DNA of 64,000 nucleotides, taken from the NCBI RefSeq assembly GCF_016433145.1, contig NC_058135.1, forward strand, positions 196,989,182-197,053,181, read 5' to 3'. A program made the position numbers and the translations under genes. This document shows positions 24,027 to 36,143 of this stretch, piece after piece (position 1 is the stretch's first letter; each line of letters begins with the position of its first letter). Source of the stretch: Gracilinanus agilis. Taxonomy: Eukaryota. Below the pieces are notes generated by a model, which ran no database searches, was not told the DNA's origin, and saw only the letters and a list, made by a program, of their open reading frames with translations.

Positions 24027-26604
24027 AAACTACATGTGATTTTTCTTTCTTGGTTTAGAGGAGCATAACTTTGACACTTTCAACCCCAGAGCTTATAAGA
24101 AAAAAAAGTTCTCCATTTTTTTGTGTTCCTAAAGAAAAATGAACTAAAAGGGAAGTAAATAATTCTTCTGAAAGTTGTTATTTTAAGAATCTTTCTTCCA
24201 TTTTGGAAGACTTCTTTCTTGATGGCACATGTAACTTTGTCTTAGATGACAATTTTATAGCACTTTAATGAATTTTCAGCAGACCAGTTACATTTGAAGT
24301 TTCTTGAAGATAATATGTTGAAAGAGTAAAATGCATGTGTTGAAGTATCTAGATCAATCAAAAGTCAGTTCTCTGTCTTTGATCATCATATCACAAATAA
24401 TAAAGTAATTTTTTACTGTCTTGGTTATGTTCCCTTAACATCTGTTCTCACTGGTATGCCCTTGATGCAAAAGTAGCTGCCATATGCATTATTCCAGGTG
24501 GCAGGAATCTGGATATGACAGAAAGAAAGGTTGGCTTTGGAGGGAAGGATTAAAACAATGTCAGAGTCCCCTAGACAAAGAAATGCCATAATTTTAACAA
24601 GATCAGCACAAAAGACATTTGGCTATTTGTCATGCATAACTATGTTATAGTAATCTGAAATATTAGTATCTGTTTCACATTCACCAACATTTTAGAAAAA
24701 CATTTTAAATAAGTAAATAACATCTATTTCTTCAATTTCTATTCAGAATGAAATGTTGTAGCTGGTGAATTTGAGGTTAATGTAATTCTTAAAACTCAAT
24801 TTGTTTTACTAGATGTCATTTAATTTGATTGTGAGACCCTTGAAAAATTCAAGTGCAAATCTATCCTAACTTCTCTTTAAGGGTTATTAATGTGAAAATA
24901 GGGTGATCCTATTAATATGACATTCAAAAAAGAATAGTGATAAAAATTATTAATTATAAAAATTAAAAAATGATAGTCATCTCTACTTCTTAATTCTCTG
25001 GTGAAATGACTAGAGCTCTTAGGATTTCTTATTAAAGTATTCTTACCATCAAAATATTGTGAAATATCAATTTGATATCTCCAATAGATAGGACAACAAA
25101 TTAAATTAATTTATTAAATCATTTTGAGATCAAATTTGATAACCAGAGTAAAACTTGAATTATTAACTCAAAAAATGAATATATTATTTTTATCAAGCAG
25201 TTTGACTTAGTGTACATTTTTAAAAAAATTGAAGACTACTTGCCTTTCAAGGATTTCAGGCTAATGATGAAAATAAATTTTGTCTTGTTTACCTTTTATT
25301 TGTGCATTGAAAAATCCCTATATTGATAAAGTGATACCCAGAGGAACAGAGAGAGACCCTTTTCCATATTCTAGGAATATTCTCCTTATTCGTCTTGAAC
25401 AACTGTATTGATTATGTTTTTGCTCAATAATATGCAACAGTGAGGCAGCAAGAGATGACATCACATGGTGAATGGAAACATGATAACCTCGAAGATGACA
25501 AATGGTCTTATCTTTGAAACATTCTGGCTAATTAATTTCACTTCATAGTGCCTTAGGTAAGTCTCTGAGATACTAATTATAGAAACTGTATTAATATTCT
25601 TTGGTAGAGAAAATATCCTTATTGTAGAGTTCCTTATAGCAGTGAAATCATAGTTTCAGTTCCAGTCACCATCCTTAACCCTCAGTCCATTGTTTGTAAG
25701 AATTTTATTCCCAAGGGATGTTTCATCTTCTTTTTCACCCCCTCCCCCCCATATGACATCTCCTTTTGGTTTTAGCTCTGACAAGTTTTCTTTCCTAGGT
25801 GGCTACACTGAAAACACTTCTTCTTGGTCATGCCTTGTGTTAACATAAAAAAATCCTTTCTTTATGCAATACTGCATAACTTTGCTTAATCTAAAATTCA
25901 ATACAGTCTTTTAATTCAACCCTGACATCTTCAGAAGATGAATTCCATGCATTTATTCTACTGGTTATTGTCTTGCACCAATTAACAAACTCAGAAAAAA
26001 GAATTGATTTCACACCAGTGTATGGTCCATGAATTGTAATCAGCAGTGCTATATTAGATACAACATAGGCTTAAATATATACAAATATAAGTTTTTAACA
26101 TGCTGAAGCATAAATGATAGTAGCTCTTGTTTTTTTTATTAATTGCTGAAGTCATTACGATGATATTCTGACATAACCCTCAGATATTTATTAAATACTT
26201 TATGTGTGTGAAAGAGATACATAGAATGAAATATAGTCTCTGCCCTCAAGGATCTTATATTCCACCCTAATTTTTATCAACTTTTAAAATTATCTTTGCT
26301 TATATATATTTTCTTCTTAAATTCCAAGTAGTATTAAAGAAAAGAAATAACAAAGAAATTGGATCACTGGAATGTGTCTTAATTCTGTTTGGGAGAAAAT
26401 AGATTCATGTTCAGTTTATTTTTATAGACTCATCTCTTAGTCCACATGGCTGAAGTCCCCTAAAGTCACTGAAACCAAGTTCATGATTACCAAACACAGG
26501 CACCAAGAACTTGAGTTTTTATTATTTCTATTGCCCTTCAGCTCATAAGACAAAGTTTAGCATTCCAGAAATGCTGTAAGATTGGCAACAATGTACAAAT
26601 AATG

Positions 26605-28130
26605 CAGTTCCCACATTCATTTTATTTTGTGTATGTCAATACAATTTTAATAATCATTTTCTAACACTTTGCAATCCATATTCTCTATTTTCTCTCTCCC
26701 CAAGATGGCAGGCAGTATGATGTAGGTTGTACATGTGTTATCATGCAATACATATTTTCACATTTGTCTTGTTGTGAAAGAAGACATATATTGCTTATAC
26801 CAGTGATAAATTCATGGAGGAAATAAAGAATGTCCTGTTTCAATTTGCATTCAGGCTCTGTCTCTATGGTGATAGATATTCTTTTTGGTTATGAGTCTCC
26901 CTGAGTCATCCTAGATCTTTGCTTTGTTATTAATAGTTAAATCCTTAATGGGTGATCATCATATAGTATTGTGGTTACTGTGTACAGTATTCTCCTGGTT
27001 GTGCTCATTTCACTTTTCATCACTTCATAGAAGTCTTTCCAGATTTTTTTAATGATCATTTTGTTTATTATTTCTTATGGCACAGTAGTGTTAAGCTATT
27101 CCCTTACTGAAGGACAATCCTTCAGCTTCTAGTTCTTTGCCATGATGAAAAGAACTGCTAGAAATATTTTTGTACATGTAGGTCCTTTTCCTTTATCTTT
27201 GATCTCTTTGGGATACAGATGTATTAGTAGTATTTACTGGGACACAGATTGATGGATCATAGGGTATGGCTCCAAATACTACTCTACAATGGTTGTATCC
27301 TTTCACCGCTCTGTCAACAGAGTATCAGTGTCCCAATTTTCCCAGTCCTTTTCCTCATTTATCATTTCCTTTTTTATCATATTAGCCAGTCTGATGGATA
27401 TGAAGGGGTACCTCAAAGTTGTTTTAATGTGCATTTCTCTAATCAATAGGGATTTGACGCATTTTTTAATACGACTAAAGATAGTTTTAATTTCTTTATC
27501 TGAGTATTGCCTATTCGTGATCTTTGACCATTTGTCAATTGAGGAACGATTTGTGTTCTTGTAAATTTTACTCAGTTCTCTGAGAAATGAGGCCTTTGTC
27601 AGAGGTACTTGCAATAAAATTATTTTCCCAATTTGATGTTTCCTTTTGAATCTTGGTTGCATTGGTTTTGTTTGTACAGAAATTTTTAATATTTAATTTT
27701 GTCAAAGTTATCTATTTTACCTCTTTTGATGTTCTCTATATTTTGTTTGGATGTGAATTTTCCCCTTGTCCATAGATATGACAGTTAAATTATTCCATGG
27801 TCCCCTAATTTATTTATGGTATCACCATTTCTTTTTAAATAATATAACCATTTTTACTTTATCTAGGTATATGGTATGAGGGGCTGGTCTGTGACTAGTT
27901 TCCACCATTCTTTTTTCCAAATTTCCTAGCAGTTTTTTTTTTATCAAATAGTGAATTTTTCTTCCAAAAGCTTGCATCTTTGGGTGTGTCAAACACCAGA
28001 TAACTATAATAATTTACTATTGTTTGCTGAGTATTAATCTATTCCATTGATCCACTACTGCGTTTTTTAGTCAGTACCAAATTGTTTTGATGGTTACCAC
28101 TTTATAATACTGTTTGAGATCTAGTTCAAA
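26605..28130 (-). mobile_element. Old marsupial L1 3' portion (3'UTR plus ORF2 C-terminus)
   Basis: Minus-strand ORF 27303-27662 (ELSKIYKNTNRSSIDKWSK...KKCVKSLLIREMHIKTTLRY) matches ORF2p. T-rich tail at the left. Confidence 0.85.
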
Positions 28131-28235
28131 TACAATTCCTCCATTTCAATCCATGATCTTTTGCATACCAAACACATATGTCATGTTTCCAAGCCATAGC
28201 TATTACTTCTCTTCACAGACTTTTACTTGCGATGC

Positions 28236-28237
<2 letters not shown>

Positions 28238-28284
<47 letters not shown>
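28238..28284. repeat. (TG)n microsatellite, about 23 units
   Basis: Uninterrupted TG run. Confidence 0.95.
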
Positions 28285-28287
<3 letters not shown>

Positions 28288-29321
28288 GCTTTGTCATAAA
28301 AACTCATGCTTTTTCTTCATATATGTTCACTGCTGGCCCAAACTAGATTGCTTTGGATGTAGTCAAAACAATTTATTTGGCAGGCCGAAGAATTCTCCTG
28401 CTTTTTCAATTATTTCAATTATCTGTTTTATTAATGACAATCTTTCTCCTCTGTTGTGGACATTACATAGTGTAGTGGACAGAATATTAGGGAAGGAGAT
28501 TTAGCTTTTACACCCACCTTTGTTACTAACCAACTGTGTGAGCCTGAATAGATTATTTCATCTTTTGGGGCCCCTATTTCTACATTGTTAAAGTTAGGTG
28601 ACCAGATAAACATTCTCTAAATTGCTTTCTAACTCTAAGATTCTGTTTTTATAATGATACTTTGACAACCTTTTATAGTCAAAATATTAAGACCAAAAAT
28701 CAATGTTTTTTACTTTCCTTTTTCAGATAATGAATTAATAAATATCTTGAGAGTCCCCTCTTATTTTTCTCCTTGGGATGTGATTACTTATGCATTTAAA
28801 AATGTCAAAGGTTTAAATTGGTTGAGCCTATCTGTAAATTACTTTATCATATTCTTGCTGAAAGCTAGATATGCTAGACAGTAGGATTAAATTAAAAAAT
28901 AAAAATTATGAAAGTTATTAAGCATCTACAATAATATTGAATGCACTGGAAAACCATTTTTTGGGTACAACATATTTGATCATTTTTTTCTGCCAATTAA
29001 AAATGGATACATTAAAAATCCCTTACTACCATCTATAACTCTCTGTCTAAAATTCTCCCTTATAAAGGAAAATATTTAAGTGATACCATCTGACAAAATT
29101 GTAGGACCTAAGAGCATGTACGACATTCTACAGTCATTGTACTCACCTCTTCTGAGAAGAGGGAAGTATGTTTCATCAATATTGATGTCTTTTTTGGCAA
29201 ATATTTTTAGGTTATATAATGAACATTGAGATGACTGTTTATGGACTTAACTATATATGGTTAAATGTAGAAACATAATTAAATATGGCAAAGTATAGAG
29301 CCACACAGACATAACACATGC

Positions 29322-29427
29322 AAGAGACCAAATGGGTCATCTGATCTAATACTCCTTCTGATATGTGTGTTTATGAAAATAGTTTAATTAGTAAGGGCAT
29401 TGGATCAGATGACCCATATGGTCTTTT
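29322..29427. repeat. Inverted repeat / hairpin (26-bp core arms, 48-nt spacer)
   Basis: agaccaaatgggtcatctgatctaat (29325-29350) versus attggatcagatgacccatatggtct (29399-29424): 24/26 reverse-complement identity. Confidence 0.9.
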
Positions 29428-30934
29428 ACATTTTTAATATATTTTATATCCATACCTCTATTTATAAATATATATTCTTGCTTCTACTTTGATACTTGAA
29501 AGGCTGGATCACTTCTACCTATGGAACAGCACCTTCAATTTTTTGGCCTTACTCGTTTTTAAGTTCTTCATTGTTGAACTACAAATCTGTAGTCTTATAA
29601 CTACAAAGTCTTATAACAACAAAAATTATAACAATTTTTCCTGCTTGGGTTAAATATTAAGATGGCCACATGGAAAGGAAGCTATTGCTTACAGCATATG
29701 AATTGTCTTTTTTGTTCTAAGACTTCAATATCTGGCTACTTTTCTTTCTTTGCTTTTCATTTTTTTTCCCTTTATGTAATATAGGAAGAAGAGGCTGTTG
29801 TTGGCTCAGGTGGAATGTGCATATTTTCACAAAAGTCATCTGAAATCCAATTATCTGTTTGCTGCCTGGGCAGACCCCACTCCTGCACATTCATAATAAT
29901 TTTGTTTTGGCTCAGGTTCAGTTTAGATTTTTCAATCAGAGAATGAACTGATACTGTGGCTACAATTGCTGGAAAGGTCATGGCTTCAGTGGTTTAGACA
30001 ATAGAGAAGCAGAGATGAAAATAAAATCTATGGAAGGTTTTGAAAACAAGATAGGAGGAACAAAACCTGAGGCCAGCTGAGATGTCACTAGAAAGAGAGA
30101 AGAAAAAAATGAGAAAGTGCAAGTTGGGAATTAAGAAATAAATTAAGGTTGCTAGATGGGAAAACAGAAAAAAAAAGATTGAAGGAGCTGTTAATCTTAT
30201 TCAGATTGGAAATCAATGTGTAGCCTTCCACATATTTATGCACCTCCAAGTAGTGTCAATGCTATCTGTGTAAGGGTAAAAGTCTCCATTACTGTTGTGC
30301 TAGTGGTGGGTTTCTATTATCATTACTGAGTGAAAGAATTTGGAAGAGGGAGGAAAGCATTGATTTCAACAAAGTCAAAACTCTCATATCCTTTAAAAAC
30401 CTCACTAAACAGAGATTTGGTGGTTCTTTCAATATCTCAATAGAACAAAAACTTGACCCATCTTCTAGTCTTTCTAATTTTTAATTTTGGGGTTAATGGA
30501 GTAGTCGTGGGGATGGACAGACTGTTCAAAGGGCTTGAGAGAAATCTGTGGAAAAGTTCAGAAGCACAGATTTAGTGATAGCCTGGAGAGTGTATTTTAC
30601 AATCTGAAATTTTAATGATTCTATGTCATTTTACAACTGAAATAATTGAATCAGAGAAATTTTCCTGAGGTCATGTGACAAAAAACGAATTTAAAATTGC
30701 TTTCCAGAATGATTAAATTCGTTGACAATTCCACCAGTAGGAATTAGTGTGCCAATTTTTTCATATCCTTCCCCTCATTTGTCATTTTCCCTTTCTGTCA
30801 TATTCTAACCAATCTGATAGATGTGAGGTGACCTAGAGTTGTTTTAGTTTGCCTTTCTCAAATCAGTAGTGATTTAGAACATTTTTTCACGTGATTATCA
30901 ATAGCTTTAGTTTCTTTTTCTGAAAATTTCATGT

Positions 30935-31675
30935 TTTAGCACTGGTCTGGGAGAACCACCAGAAAAGAGTAAGGTAGCATAACAATATGGATGTAAAACA
31001 TTTCCATTGTGGCTATCATCCTTATTGAGAGACGGCTATTATCTTGGGTTAATACTACGTAGTATGGTTTGTTTAGGACAAGCCTCCTCACAGGGCCAGC
31101 ACGCTTCACAGACTCCCAGACAGATGTTGAAAAACAGGTCAAGGATTTACTTTAACCACGGTAATATGGAAGGGAGGATGAAAGAATTTGGTTACCCTAA
31201 TACCAAGGAGTCTAGCTATATTCCCACCTCTACAACCCTTGCATGATGGTCTCTTCTGGTCTTCTAAGCTGCTTAATTCCCTACTCTGGCTGTCTAAAAT
31301 CCTCTACTATCTAACTACCTGACTCTGTATTAATTATATTAATAATAATAATAATAATAACTATATTCGTCACAGATCTTCAGAGTTAACAGGTAGTTTC
31401 AGATTGCAGAAACACTGATGATATCCAGTCAATGAGGGTTTTCCAGTCAGGAATAGCAGGGATCAAGGTAACTGGCTCCAGGAGGTAGGCAACTAAAACT
31501 TCCTCAGATAGAGGAAGTTCCAGCCCAAAGCCCTCTCGGCTACAGGAAGTCCAAGAGAGACCCCAGCAACTCTTGGTACTCACTTTTATACACATGTGGT
31601 CTAGTTCAGCACACTTCTCTTTGCAAAATCCTCTTTTGCCTGTCTGCAATCCATTTCTGTTCTTCCCTCATTACA
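30935..31675 (-). mobile_element. Probable ERV LTR-like insertion
   Basis: Higher-GC block inside the L1. Right end reads TGTAAT on the minus strand, with a reverse TATA (cttttata) at ~31582. TSD not resolved. Confidence 0.5.
31341..31360. repeat. (AAT)n microsatellite
   Basis: aataataataataataataa. Confidence 0.9.
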
Positions 31676-34355
31676 ATATCCTTTCACCATTTGTGAACTG
31701 TGGAATGGTTCTTATTTTTATAAATTTGGCCCAGCTCCCTATATATTTGAGAAGGGAGGCTTATGTCAGAGTAACATGTTGCAAACTTTCCCCACTTTCC
31801 TGTTTTCTTTCTAATTTTTTTTGTGTGTGTGTGCAAAAGCTTTTTAATTTCATGTAATCAAAATCATTTTACTTCCCTGATATTATCTCTCTTGTTTGAT
31901 CCTAAATGCCTCCCTTTTACCTAGAGATGACAGGTACCTTTTCCCATGCTTTCTAAATTTCTTTATCACCCTTTATGTCTAAATAATTTATGCTTTTTTA
32001 CATTATTTTTATATACATTGAGTTATGGATTTAGGTCTAGTTTCTCCCATACTGCTTTTTAGTTTTTCTAGCAATCTTTGTCAAAATGCGAATTATTACT
32101 CCCATATTTGAATCTCTGGGTTTATCAGACTCTGGATTAATATGGTAATTTGCTATTGTGTATTGGTCATCATTTCTGGTTCTTATGGTAGAACCTGAGT
32201 TATAGAAATCAAATTCTGAGTTAAAAAAGATCTTAGAGGTGCTCTAGTCTGATTAGTATTCATTCTCATTCCTCTTTACTATGACATCACTGTTGCTATA
32301 TCAGTCTTATCTTCCTGATCATTTTAAGACCCTTAGGAAGAGGAATAATTTTTCCCCCATTTTGTCCTTTCCCCTACTATTATGCCTAATTTAGCAGAGC
32401 ATATATCCTAATTGCAGAAAATGCCTATTGGATTAATAAAAGTCAAATGAGAAGCAATTCCTTAAAATATAGTACGTGAAGATAATATTTATTACTCATT
32501 ACATTCCTTGTGACATCATTGTCAATAACATTACTTATTTCATCATTTTCAACATGCTGGTAGTTGTCCAATTTGATTAAGTAAAGTGAATACAGTATTG
32601 GAGTGACTGTAGAATACTATGTCAATTTTTATTATTTATCAAAGTATTAAAGGATTAAAGTATTAGAGAATTAAAGGAATCATAGATCAATGATTTGAAG
32701 ATTTTTTTAGCTTTATGAATAGTGGATGCCCAGAAAAGCAGAATGATGGAGGAGAATCAGGACTTAGAATCAAGATCTTCAATTAAATTCTGTCACTGCC
32801 ACTGATGATGGGCAAACCTCTGGCTTGCATCTGTTGTGAGTAGAAGTTTCATTTGGACAAAATCACAGGTTTTCCTAATTGAAATCCCATCAAGTACACC
32901 TAATCACTTTTTGAAAGACACTTTTTTTTTGTTAGTAAGAGTGTTAGATTAGGACAAAAAGAAGTGAGAATCAACTGTAAAAATTTCAAGTTCATTAGTA
33001 TTTAGAAAAGGAATGGCTTATCCCTCAGGAACTGGAAAAAGGGTGCAACAGTCACAGGATCCTGGAACTTGACAGTAGAGTTTTCTTTAATCCATTATTT
33101 ATCATTCTGGGCCATTGGTTGTCACATGGAAGAACTATTCTTTCCCCACCAAACCCCATTTTCTATACTGAGGGTCAAATTTCCAGGTATTTCCAGGTAA
33201 TTACATTTTTGTTTGGATCTAATTTTTCACCAGAGCTTAACTGGTCTGGGCTACGTTATTCTGTATTGGACTGAGCTAAGGATTTTTTTTTATTTCAAGT
33301 CAAGGGTAGGTAGTATGAAAGTAGGGGTGAGTGGTCAGATATTTATATACATGTGAGTGGCAATGTTGATTATAATGATGAGAAGGATAAGAAGAAGGAA
33401 GAAGCCAAGGAAAACTTCAATGTTTAAGAATGCAGAAAAAATGTGTTTAATAGCATTTAAGCAAAACATCCCTTTCCTACTACATCCACAATATATACTT
33501 TATAATCTCCAGTATATAATCTTACATATATAAATTAAGTCTATATAATCTTTAAGTATATAATCTTAATTATATATGAAGATAAAACTATATTTCCAAA
33601 CTCCTTAGCCAGAGCACTGTCACCTGAGTAGCAAAAAGCTTGAAACTTATCACATAAGTTTTACGTAATACTTGGTATTTTACCTTGTAACTCTATACTT
33701 AGTCATATTTGAAAGATTATAAGCCTACTTTTAACTATGCCTGAAGTCATTTATCCCAAGCACATGCTATTAGAACAGACCAATCAGCCAACACAACTAC
33801 AGTCTCCTGAATGGTTTCACTTCCTTTTCTCAAAGTATGGCTTAAATACTTTTGCTGAAATTAAACATTTGCAAAAATTAAATTGCTCAAATTAAACAAA
33901 AGAAGCTAGAGGGGAGAAAAGGTGGTAAATGTGGTCATGCCCTTATTTCATAGTTACAAGCTAGATCTCTGCCATTTTCACCTATCACCTTTTCCACTTT
34001 ATTCATAGAACTCAAATGTGTATGAGAATGGCTTAATTTTATAATGTTGACTCTTGTAGGCTGTTCTTAAGCCATGTTCTCTGCAATATTATGTTTAATT
34101 CTTAGGTACAAAATGTCCACAATGAATTGAAAGGTTTGCTTAAATTATGTGAATACAAATAGACAGAGAATAATCATCATAATAATTAAACTTCTATATA
34201 GTGGATTACAAAAGTGGTTATAAAAACTATGGTAGCATCTGAATTCTTAATCTTTCAGATAAGACTAAAACATAAAGAGAATAATGGACTTGCCTAAGGT
34301 TACTTATATAGTAGTAGTTCAAAGAGAAAATATGAGATTCAAACCAATATTTTCT

Positions 34356-34474
34356 TTTTAAAAATTTTATTTAATTTATTAACTTAGGATTTTTTTTATG
34401 GTTACATGATTCACATTCTTTCCCTCCCTTCCTCCCGGAGCCAACAAGCAATTCCACTGGGTTTTATGTGTATC
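34356..34474 (-). mobile_element. Extremely 5'-truncated L1 3' tail with a 19-bp TSD, inserted in a core-SINE
   Basis: Flanked by exact attcaaaccaatattttct (34337-34355, 34475-34493). The insert is the reverse complement of the L1 tail seen at 60950-61078. Confidence 0.85.
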
Positions 34475-35917
34475 ATTCAAACCAATATTTTCTGATTTGA
34501 GATTGACTGCTCTTCTGCTGTGCTAAGGCTAACTTATTTTTTTTAAACTCTCTTAATCCTCACAATCAATCTATTTTGTAGGATTAGTATTATCTCAATC
34601 TCGGTGCTAAATTGAGGCTGAGAGAGAAGTTTAGTTAGTGTCAGGGCTAGAACTAATACCATAGTTCAGTGTTTTGACTGCCATGACAGTATTCCTTCTA
34701 CCATGTCACAGCTCTCAGACCTAGAGTAATCCAGAGAAAGCCATATTTCTAGTTTAGTAGTTTATTTTGGGGGTACACTACCAGCATTAATTTCATAATG
34801 ACCACCAAACAATGGAACGAGATTATTTTATCCCTTTATCCCTTTCCTCCTCTTTTCCTTCAGCTTGTCCACGAATTATGTAGCTATATTACAAATATTT
34901 ACTGTGATGATCAGGTTCAGGTTTACCAGGAACATAAATAAAACCTCATGTTAAACAGACCCAACTACAGGATTTACTGGGTGATAAACAAATCCCTTGG
35001 TTGCACTCTTTCATAGAGGGTGAGTAGGAGGAGACATACATTCACATCTTTCTGTCACTGGCTAGGTGATTTTTATTTGTTTTTTATGTGACCCAAGCAA
35101 TGTACTTAAGTGCTTCCAGAAGGTGGTCTTGAGCCAGGTGGTGGTCTCTGTCACCTGCTATAGTTGGATGCACTTTTATACTGAGTTAAACAAAGAGGGC
35201 TTGGGGATTCTTACAAATTCACCAACCCTGAATAGGTCAGATGAGACCAGAATTAAGTGTTTGATAAGAGCACAATTGACATCTCAAGCTGCCATTTTGT
35301 ATATTTATCTCTCTGTTTTTGATTGTATATCCCTCCTCCCACTATAGCAGAAAGGACCCCCTACTAAACTGCATCATTAGATACAGAGTAAAGAAGGTCT
35401 ATTTCTCAGATTCTTAAATTTTGCTATTTTCTCCCATGTTTTCCTAAATCTGAATTTTAAAAGACAGATTTCTTACTCGCCTTTAGGAAAGTGAAATTAA
35501 TTTGTTGATAAAAAGGTAGACCTTGGGCCTTTGGGACAAAGCATTTTTCAAGGGAATGGAGTACCAGTTCCTTTAAAACTAGGAACATCTGGTCTAAGAG
35601 AAACATATAATGATAAATGATGCCATCCTGGTGAGCCAAATGTTATAAATTATGTGTGGGTCTGTTTTTAAAAATAGCATAGAAACCTATGGACATGTTC
35701 TACAAGGATTTGGGAAGAGACTTTTCACACTGGAATGATAGGATATACATTGAGGTATTAGTTCCCTAAAAAAAATCAACTTGCTTTGAGCATTTTTTAA
35801 ATAAAGATATTGGAGATCCCTTCAGCTCTCGTGCTTTATGATTCCATAATGAAATAAGAGTTTCAGAATACTCTTAGAATTGTTTTTATCTTGTGGTTGG
35901 AAAGAAAAGCAGTTGGC

Positions 35918-36143
35918 ATTTATTAAGCTAAGCCAAGTACTTTAACAGTATTATCCTATTTGATCCTCTCAACAACCCTGAGAAGGAAATGCTGTTATTA
36001 ACCCCATTTTACAGTTGAGGAGACTGAAGCTAACAGATGTTGATTGAGTGGTGCACAGTTACAAAGCTAGTAAAATGTCTGAAGCTCCATTGAACTCAGG
36101 CCATCCAGATGCCAGGACCTGCATTCTGTCTATTTTGCCACCT
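35918..36143 (-). mobile_element. Core-SINE (MIR/MAR1-like)
   Basis: tttgatcctctcaacaaccctgag...ccccattttacagttgaggagactgaagct...gaactcagg (reverse-complement core domain). Confidence 0.65.

Larger units (their letters stand above)
30720..32165 (-). mobile_element. Old L1 ORF2 fragment interrupted by an LTR-like insertion
   Basis: Antisense ORF2 sequence ...tttctttttctgaaaatttcatgtt resumes as atatcctttcaccattt... after ~740 bp of unrelated sequence. Confidence 0.75.

Noticed and set aside
25440-25562. Segment ending in a strong TAG|gtaagt donor
   Set aside because: All frames contain stops and the donor lies in a MIR-like ccttgggcaagtc-derived motif.
28114-28504. ORFs with CVCVCV runs
   Set aside because: Translation of the (TG)n microsatellite.
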